DNA of 64,000 nucleotides, from positions 1 through 64,000 of the IMG/VR virus record IMGVR_UViG_3300017763_004709, one strand, 5' to 3'. The notes beneath the pieces are model-generated. The model worked only from the letters and a program-made list of their open reading frames with translations. It did not search any database and was not told the DNA's origin. Below, piece by piece: positions 58,415 to 64,000 of this stretch. Within the stretch, counting starts at the first letter, position 1; every line of letters starts with the position of its first letter. A program made the position numbers and the translations under genes. The stretch is from a virus.

Positions 58415-58443
58415 TTGCATAGATACTTATTAAATGTTAATAT
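58415..58443 (+). promoter_or_regulatory. Sigma70-type promoter
   Basis: TTGCAT-N17-TAATAT with extended TG. Confidence 0.6.
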
Positions 58444-58470
58444 ATAATATAGCATTTAATGAGGTAACTA

Positions 58471-58767
58471 ATGTACGCAGTGAAAAAACTAAATAAAAGC
58501 AATTTTGAAGTTGTTAATATATTAGAAGAGCCTAAAACTTACAAAGTTAGTAAAAATACACAAGGACACTATCAGTGTGATTGTATGGGTTTTGCTAGAC
58601 AAAAAAATAAATTAGAACACAAGCATTGTTTAATGGTACAAGTTCTAGAAGATTTAGACTATGATAGCTTTGTGCTTGATACAGATAGAGAATGGAAAAT
58701 TGTATCAGCACATACTATGCAAGATGCTATAGACAGTATAGAATCTTTTATTGATAGCTTAATGTGA
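58471..58767 (+). CDS. SWIM-like zinc-finger protein
   Basis: YKV...CDCMGF...HKH. Confidence 0.65.
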   Translation: MYAVKKLNKSNFEVVNILEEPKTYKVSKNTQGHYQCDCMGFARQKNKLEHKHCLMVQVLEDLDYDSFVLDTDREWKIVSAHTMQDAIDSIESFIDSLM

Positions 58768-58777
58768 AGAGGAAAAT

Positions 58778-59110
58778 ATGCTAGCTAATATTACTAATCT
58801 AAACACAGAATATTCTGATTGCACTATTTTAATAGATCCAAGCGATTCTTGGACTACAGATAAGACTATATCTGTTCTATTGTCAAGACTTTTAGCTAAC
58901 TACTCAGAGTATTGCGAAGAATATCCTAGCGATTTTTCTTCTTTAGAAGAGTGGAAAATGGAAGTTAACTATCATTCAGATTGTTTAAGTGAGTATTTTT
59001 ATTGTCAAGAATCAGATAATGCTGAGTTTGAAGCAATTCTTAAAGACACTAAAAAGTCTTTTAAATTTATCTCTGAATATTTAGAAGATTTATGGATAGT
59101 TAACGAATGA
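58778..59110 (+). CDS. Acidic hypothetical protein
   Basis: GAGG RBS. Confidence 0.55.
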   Translation: MLANITNLNTEYSDCTILIDPSDSWTTDKTISVLLSRLLANYSEYCEEYPSDFSSLEEWKMEVNYHSDCLSEYFYCQESDNAEFEAILKDTKKSFKFISEYLEDLWIVNE

Positions 59111-59823
59111 CTGCTATAATATTTGATGTAGACGGTACTCTTACAGACCCTAGAGAAAAAATAGATCCTTTCTTTTTACAAGAACTTGTAGGATTATCTA
59201 TGTCTTATAGTATTTATTTAGCTACAGGAAGCGACTACGTTAAAACAGAAGAACAACTAGATACGTGGTTTTTAGAGAACATAATTTCCTATAGTTTTAA
59301 TTGCTCAGGAAACTCTGTATGGCAAAAAGGACAAGAAGTATATAGAGAAGACTGGATTACTCCTACCGAAGTATTAGATTGGCTTAACAGTGAACTAACT
59401 GAAAGTACTTTTGAACACAAGACAGGGTTTCATTTTGACAAAAGACCTGGTATGCTAAACTTTAGTATAGTTGGAAGAAATGCTACACCTCTACAAAGAG
59501 TATTATATTCTGAGTTTGACAAAAACACTAAAGAAAGGTTAAACTTATCTATAAAGTTTAATAATGCTTTTAAAGATAAATATAATATTACAGCACAGAT
59601 TGCCGGAAGAACTGGTTTTGACATATATAGAGACGGTAAGGATAAGAGTCAAATATTAGATTACTTTGAAAATATTCCTATATTATTTTTTGGCGATGAC
59701 ACTCAAGAGGGCGGTAATGATCATACGTTAGCTAAAGCTATCGAAGAAAGAAACAATAAAGAAGATAAAGTATTTAAAGTATCTTCTCCTTCTGAAACAA
59801 GATATTTAGTTTCTCTTCTTTAA
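59107..59823 (+). CDS. Eukaryotic-type phosphomannomutase (HAD IIB)
   Basis: FDVDGTLT.PR, TGSD, R.GMLNFS.VGRNA, FFGD...GGND. Confidence 0.88.
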   Translation: MTAIIFDVDGTLTDPREKIDPFFLQELVGLSMSYSIYLATGSDYVKTEEQLDTWFLENIISYSFNCSGNSVWQKGQEVYREDWITPTEVLDWLNSELTESTFEHKTGFHFDKRPGMLNFSIVGRNATPLQRVLYSEFDKNTKERLNLSIKFNNAFKDKYNITAQIAGRTGFDIYRDGKDKSQILDYFENIPILFFGDDTQEGGNDHTLAKAIEERNNKEDKVFKVSSPSETRYLVSLL

Positions 59824-59840
59824 ACACTTGTTTAAGATGA

Positions 59841-59974
59841 GGGGCTGGTCAAGTGATGCCAGTAAACCATAAAAATCACTATGGGTTATGTTAAACTATC
59901 CTATCCGAAAAAAATTGTTTAACCACTATTCTGCTAGTGTAACTAAGTCCGTTATTTCGGAAACGGCAGCAGAT
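59841..59974 (+). ncRNA. Candidate structured RNA (kissing loops + pseudoknot)
   Basis: Multiple helices in a non-coding gap ending in a terminator. Confidence 0.5.
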
Positions 59975-60011
59975 AAAAAGGCGTTCTAACTTATAGTAAG
60001 AGCGCCTTTTT
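59975..60011 (+). terminator. Intrinsic terminator
   Basis: AAAAAGGCGTTCT...AGAGCGCCTTTTT. Confidence 0.8.
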
Positions 60012-60038
60012 ACTTTTTTAATTATAAGGAAAATATAA

Positions 60039-60617
60039 ATGTCTACCGTACATAAGATATTAAAAAATGCGTTAAAAAACATGAACTATGTAGGCTCCGG
60101 GTGTTATGCTGCTGCTTTTGATAGTAATAAAGAAATAGTTAAAATAGGAGCAGATATATTTGACCCTTATTTATATTATCTAAGAGAAATAAAATCATTA
60201 AAAAATACACATTTTCCTAAATTTCATAGTTTATATGTAGATAACTATAATGAGTTTTATACTGTAAAGCTAGAGAAACTATATCCTTTAAATGATAAAC
60301 AACTTAAAGATTACGAACAACTATACGACTGGGCAGTAAAAGGAGAAGATAAACCTTGTTGGGCTAGTGAAGAGCTAGAAGAAGCTGTTAATAAGATAGT
60401 AGATTTAGCAGATGTAATATCTTTACAACCTTCAGAGGATTTAGAGTATGAAGGGCAGACAGGAGATTGTAGATTAGACCTTCATGAAGCCAATGTAATG
60501 AGTCGATCTGATGGGACATTAGTATTTACAGATCCTCTTTCAGATGCCCAAATGTTTGATGCCCCTGCTATAGAAGAGTGGATAGATGACTATCTTTATT
60601 ATACCAATAAAAAGTAG
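60039..60617 (+). CDS. Protein kinase-like (T7 gp0.7-type fold)
   Basis: GSGCYAAAF, IVKI, DLHEANVM, FTDP. Confidence 0.75.
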   Translation: MSTVHKILKNALKNMNYVGSGCYAAAFDSNKEIVKIGADIFDPYLYYLREIKSLKNTHFPKFHSLYVDNYNEFYTVKLEKLYPLNDKQLKDYEQLYDWAVKGEDKPCWASEELEEAVNKIVDLADVISLQPSEDLEYEGQTGDCRLDLHEANVMSRSDGTLVFTDPLSDAQMFDAPAIEEWIDDYLYYTNKK

Positions 60618-60625
60618 TTTTATTC

Positions 60626-60654
60626 TTGCTTATTACTTATTTTAATAGTATTAT
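60626..60654 (+). promoter_or_regulatory. Promoter of the tRNA cluster (leaderless first ORF)
   Basis: TTGCTT-N17-TATTAT, 6 nt before ATG 60661. Confidence 0.7.
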
Positions 60655-60660
60655 GATTAT

Positions 60661-60813
60661 ATGATGAAAAAACAAATAAAATTTAATATAAAATCTGTAG
60701 AAGATTTACATAAACAAATGAATGAGTGGGTAGATGCAAATCTACCTATAGAAGAGATAAATAATACTAACTTAGCGGCTACAATGCTAAAAAGTATAGG
60801 AATAAAAGTATAG
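60661..60813 (+). CDS. Small protein (50 aa; not in ORF track); stop codon overlaps tRNA-Arg G1
   Basis: MMKKQIKF...LKSIGIKV-TAG. Confidence 0.55.
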   Translation: MMKKQIKFNIKSVEDLHKQMNEWVDANLPIEEINNTNLAATMLKSIGIKV

Positions 60814-60889
60814 GTCTCTTAGCTCAGCTGGATAGAGCAAGTGCCTTCTAAGCACTAGGTCTCAGGTTCGAATCCTGAAGAGATCACCA
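60813..60889 (+). tRNA. tRNA-Arg(UCU)
   Basis: Cloverleaf; loop CTTCTAA; encoded CCA. Confidence 0.95.
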
Positions 60890-60890
60890 A

Positions 60891-61068
60891 GATAGGCAAA
60901 GGGGAAAGCCTAGCGATTTCGCTAAACGTACCCAACAAAGGTCCTAGACATGGAAGAGTGGCCCTCTAGTCTAGTCCGGTATAAGCACTGGTACCGCATA
61001 ACCCAGTCGGTTGCTGCATACGTCAAATGCAGATACGTGGGGAGGCACTGCAGAAAGCCTCCCCACCG
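60891..61068 (+). ncRNA. Candidate pseudoknot-rich RNA directly after tRNA-Arg
   Basis: GC-rich with six stems, including a 10-bp terminal helix. Confidence 0.6.
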
Positions 61069-61106
61069 ATTCTATAGAGTTATATCTATGTAACAAAGGA
61101 TACACT

Positions 61107-61265
61107 ATGAGAAGAGGTACTAAGCCTAACCCCATAGATTATATTAAAGTAAGAATAGATCTACTACGTGAAGAAAAGAAAAAAAACGAAGATAATACTG
61201 CTCACTTAGTATTAGATAAAGCAATTTATGAGTTAAGTGTTGTTTTAGATCTTCTAATAAGATAG
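61107..61265 (+). CDS. Small hypothetical protein
   Basis: AAGGA RBS before ATG 61107. Confidence 0.6.
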   Translation: MRRGTKPNPIDYIKVRIDLLREEKKKNEDNTAHLVLDKAIYELSVVLDLLIR

Positions 61266-61277
61266 TAGTTATACTAT

Positions 61278-61352
61278 TCCGGCGTAGCTCAGTGGTAGAG
61301 CAGTTGACTGTTAATCAATTGGTCGTAGGTTCGACCCCTACCGCCGGAGCCA
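61278..61352 (+). tRNA. tRNA-Asn(GUU)
   Basis: Cloverleaf; loop CTGTTAA; GCCA end. Confidence 0.95.
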
Positions 61353-61357
61353 AATTA

Positions 61358-61433
61358 GGGTCTGTAGCTTAGTGGTTAAAGCTGCCCGCTCATAACGGGT
61401 AGATCGTAGGTTCGAATCCTACCGGACCCACCA
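61358..61433 (+). tRNA. tRNA with CAU anticodon, probably Ile2
   Basis: GGGTCTG acceptor and CCGCTCATAACGG arm resemble proteobacterial Ile2; no initiator C1:A72 mismatch. Confidence 0.85.
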
Positions 61434-61436
61434 TAT

Positions 61437-61508
61437 ATGGGTGAAGTGTTAATGGTTGCACATCGGATTCCAAATCCGAAAGACAGAGTTCGATTCTTTG
61501 CACCTATG
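61437..61508 (+). tRNA. tRNA-Trp(CCA)
   Basis: ATGGGTG/CACCTAT acceptor; loop TTCCAAA; no encoded CCA. Confidence 0.85.
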
Positions 61509-61525
61509 CCCAAAGGAATATTAGT

Positions 61526-61750
61526 ATGTATACAGTAGAATTTGATCATGATGAAGTAATTATAACTATATTAGACGACTCAGGAAGTTTACCAGATCTA
61601 ATAATAAATAGTTATGACGATGGAGTATACATTACTCAAATGGATGAAGATGGTGATTATGATGATATACTTAACATAACTCCAGAAATGTGGCAAGAGT
61701 TGATTTTAGCTATAAACAGCTCAGAAGGAGCTTATGTTATAAAGAGATAA
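61526..61750 (+). CDS. Acidic hypothetical protein
   Basis: AAGGA RBS; MYTVEFDHDE. Confidence 0.65.
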   Translation: MYTVEFDHDEVIITILDDSGSLPDLIINSYDDGVYITQMDEDGDYDDILNITPEMWQELILAINSSEGAYVIKR

Positions 61751-61834
61751 GCCCGCGTGATGGAATGGTAGACATAACAGACTTAAAATCTGTGGCCGCA
61801 AGGCGTGCCGGTTCGAGTCCGGCCGCGGGTACCA
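61751..61834 (+). tRNA. tRNA-Leu(UAA)
   Basis: Long variable arm; loop CTTAAAA; CCA. Confidence 0.95.
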
Positions 61835-61839
61835 ACCAG

Positions 61840-61974
61840 CGTGACAACTACGCACTCAAATATACTCCGGACTCTGTATTGGTTGAGAAATAGTTGTACT
61901 TGTAAGTCGTACTTTGTAGAGTATTTACTTATTATCTGAGGGGGTTATATAAGTAAACATTCCAAAGAGCGACC
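61840..61974 (+). ncRNA. Candidate two-domain structured RNA after tRNA-Leu
   Basis: Two interrupted hairpins with a possible loop-loop contact, then a terminator. Confidence 0.5.
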
Positions 61975-62012
61975 ACAGCCCTCCTAGTTTTTTATACTAG
62001 GAGGGCTGTTTT
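61975..62012 (+). terminator. Intrinsic terminator of the tRNA cluster
   Basis: ACAGCCCTCCTAGT/ACTAGGAGGGCTGT 14-bp stem + TTT. Confidence 0.85.
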
Positions 62013-62078
62013 ACATCTAAACTTAATAAAATAAAATTTAACATTAGTCATAAATAATGATACTATAGAGTATATAAA

Positions 62079-62567
62079 ATGTTTACAAAACAACAAATTG
62101 AAGAATTAGTAGAATTACTAGTGACGCTGGATTCTAATACAAAAATATATCTAGGCTGCGATTCTGTAACTTACTTTAAAAATAATAGAAAAAAAGCAAA
62201 ATATGCTACGGTACTTATAGTACATAAAAATAGTAAAAATGGTTGTAAATTATTCTCTAATACCTCTTATGAAGTAGATTATGATTTAAAAAAAGACAGA
62301 CCTAAAATGAGAATGATTTATGAGGCTAGAAAAGTTTGTGAATTATATATACAAGTAGCGCCTTTTATAGATGAGTTTGATATAGAAATACATTTAGATA
62401 TAAACACAAATCCTAAGTTCGGATCTAATTGTGCTGCATCGGAAGCCGCTGGATATATTTTAGGTATGACAGGCATCACACCAAAATTAAAACCTTTTGG
62501 TTTTGCAGCGAGCTACGGTGCAGATAGTGTAGCCAAAGGTAGAGGAGTAGTTATTGTACCACACTAG
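62079..62567 (+). CDS. RNase H-like (YkuK/DUF458-type) protein
   Basis: IYLGCDS, EIHLDIN, AASYGAD. Confidence 0.8.
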   Translation: MFTKQQIEELVELLVTLDSNTKIYLGCDSVTYFKNNRKKAKYATVLIVHKNSKNGCKLFSNTSYEVDYDLKKDRPKMRMIYEARKVCELYIQVAPFIDEFDIEIHLDINTNPKFGSNCAASEAAGYILGMTGITPKLKPFGFAASYGADSVAKGRGVVIVPH

Positions 62568-62802
62568 AATTAAAAATCTAGAAATCTTTAATAAGAGACT
62601 TCTAACTATGATGAAGGATTATTCTATCTCTCTTAGAGAAGCTCTAATGTGGGATCACGAAGGTTTTGGTTTCTTAACTCTTGATGATTATCTGATAGTA
62701 AACGGAGTTACTTATACAAATGACAAAGAGTTCTATATTAGAATACTTATTAAAAAAACTCCTGATATAACTTTATCTGAGCTAACAGAGGATGACAAAT
62801 GA
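62554..62802 (+). CDS. Hypothetical protein
   Basis: GAGGAG RBS, TTG start. Confidence 0.55.
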   Translation: MYHTRIKNLEIFNKRLLTMMKDYSISLREALMWDHEGFGFLTLDDYLIVNGVTYTNDKEFYIRILIKKTPDITLSELTEDDK

Positions 62803-63131
62803 AAATAAATACTCACGGTTTTGAAAAAGAAGAAAACGAGCATGATGTCATTGATAAAGGAGATAACTATGTACGATGGGGTATTACTCCTCGCGCTGTT
62901 CAAAGTGAGTGGGTAAAAAAACTAAAAAATAAAGCAGGAGAAGAGTGGAAATCTAGATGCACAGAACATTATGCGTGGAAAGCTGCAGAATACATTGAGT
63001 TTTTAGAAAATAAAGTACAACAGCAATTACTTAAGTCTGATGCCTTTATTGGTACTGATTACCCTCTTCAAGAAAGATATCATGAATATCTACTAAGAAA
63101 AACTAAAGAACAAAAAAATATATTTGACTAA
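62799..63131 (+). CDS. Hypothetical protein
   Basis: ATGA-coupled. Confidence 0.55.
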   Translation: MKINTHGFEKEENEHDVIDKGDNYVRWGITPRAVQSEWVKKLKNKAGEEWKSRCTEHYAWKAAEYIEFLENKVQQQLLKSDAFIGTDYPLQERYHEYLLRKTKEQKNIFD

Positions 63132-63165
63132 TGCCTAAGAAGAGTATATTATAAAGAATACAAAA

Positions 63166-63687
63166 ATGACATCTTACTATATTGATATATTAGTACCTTC
63201 TGTTTCTTTAAAAGAAGTTTCCAGCACGACTATCGAAGACACAACGAGTAACTGCCTTTTTGAAGATAAAAAAGTGGTTATTTTTTCCGTGCCAGGAGCT
63301 TTTACTCCTACTTGCTCCTCTAAACAAGTACCTGATTTTGATAAAGAGTATGAACAATTCATTAAATTAGGTATTTCAAATATATATTGTATATCTGTAA
63401 ATGACCCTTTTGTAATGAGTAATTGGTACTCTCATCTAGACATTAATAGTATAAAATTTATATCTGATTATAGTAGTTCTTTTACTAAAGAATTAGGTAT
63501 GTTAGTAGACAAGAGTCATCTAGGTATGGGAATGAGATCTTGGCGATATGCCGCCCTCATAGACAATATGTTAGTAAAAGCTTGGTTTGAAGAACCAGGT
63601 CGTAACATATTAGGATCTTACAAAGATCCTTATGGAGAAACTTCTCCAAAGAAAATACTAGAATATTTAAAAATAAATATGAAATAA
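63166..63687 (+). CDS. Peroxiredoxin (Prx5 type)
   Basis: PGAFTPTCS, SVNDPFVM, RSWRYA. Confidence 0.93.
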   Translation: MTSYYIDILVPSVSLKEVSSTTIEDTTSNCLFEDKKVVIFSVPGAFTPTCSSKQVPDFDKEYEQFIKLGISNIYCISVNDPFVMSNWYSHLDINSIKFISDYSSSFTKELGMLVDKSHLGMGMRSWRYAALIDNMLVKAWFEEPGRNILGSYKDPYGETSPKKILEYLKINMK

Positions 63688-63720
63688 CAGGAATCAAACC
63701 TGTATATAAGGAAAATTATT

Positions 63721-64000
63721 ATGAATCGTTTATCACAAACTTTATTAACTACTACAGCTATTAGCTGTATGGCTTTTTCTGCTTTAGCTAATCCTATTAC
63801 AGGTAGTGTAGAAGTAGAATTAAAAGAAAATTCGTCAGACAAATGGGCGTCAACTACTACTTTAGGAGCTTCTATGTCCTCAGAAGGTTCAGCTTTTGGA
63901 GGCTTTAATATAGAGTCTGTAGACGGTGCTACTTTTGCTTTAGACGAGTGGAATCTAGGAACTACCGTGGGTGAAGTAAGTGTGTCTTTAGGAAACCAAG
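63721..64000 (+). CDS. Porin-like outer-membrane protein (truncated by window end)
   Basis: AAGGA RBS; signal peptide ...AFSALA; alternating beta-strands (ITGSVEVEL, LDEWNLG, VSVSLG). Confidence 0.6.
   Translation, partial: MNRLSQTLLTTTAISCMAFSALANPITGSVEVELKENSSDKWASTTTLGASMSSEGSAFGGFNIESVDGATFALDEWNLGTTVGEVSVSLGNQ

Noticed and set aside
59841-59851. GGGGCTGGTCA shared with the tmRNA post-tag region (40200-40190, minus)
   Set aside because: A single 11-mer with no extension, tag or acceptor stem; not a second tmRNA
59943-59956. CTAAGTCCGTTAT resembles the SpCas9 tracrRNA segment CTAGTCCGTTAT
   Set aside because: Short match only; no cas/IscB gene, anti-repeat or CRISPR array in the window
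61011-61106. 5' extension of ORF 61011-61265
   Set aside because: Overlaps the structured RNA; the RBS supports ATG 61107
61690-61893. 67-aa ORF
   Set aside because: Runs through tRNA-Leu; spurious
1-64000. CRISPR arrays, introns/inteins, DGR, integrase, stop-codon reassignment
   Set aside because: No spaced repeats noticed by eye; nrdA, polA and helicases are uninterrupted and of normal length; no RT or integrase ORF; genes read through with the standard code

Overview
A 64-kb AT-rich segment of a T5-like (Demerecviridae-style) tailed phage. The host is most likely a marine alphaproteobacterium, probably Rhodobacteraceae; this is inferred from the two-piece permuted tmRNA, GroES, pseudoazurin, DUF1127 and porin. 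There are three blocks. (1) 1-11.1 kb (+): lambda L/K/I/J-like tail-tip genes, spanins and holin-like membrane genes. (2) 11.3-41.4 kb (-): bS21, a circularly permuted tmRNA and a 7-gene glycosyltransferase/acyltransferase cluster, followed by the T5-ordered replication module (PC4, D3, D2, D5, DnaB, primase, PolA, D10, D11, D12/D13, NrdAB, D14, D15), ThyX and GroES. A DUF3563-DUF1127-pseudoazurin-DoxX-CoxIV-like cassette is inserted in this block. (3) 41.5-64 kb (+): accessory genes including a SleB hydrolase, an exonuclease, PhoH with a non-canonical start, a metallothionein-like peptide, a run of tiny Lys-rich proteins followed by an acidic protein and a SET-domain methyltransferase, split HldE, UvdE, redoxins, NAD ligase, Hsp20, PMM and a kinase. 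This block also holds a tRNA cluster with unexplained structured RNAs in and next to it, and a truncated porin. The most notable candidates are the basic-micropeptide/SET 'chromatin-like' module, a translation-control system (permuted tmRNA, bS21, leaderless mRNAs, stop codons abutting or overlapping tRNA 5' ends), three orphan pseudoknot-rich RNAs, and the electron-transfer cassette. All family calls come from motif recognition by eye; no database searches were run.
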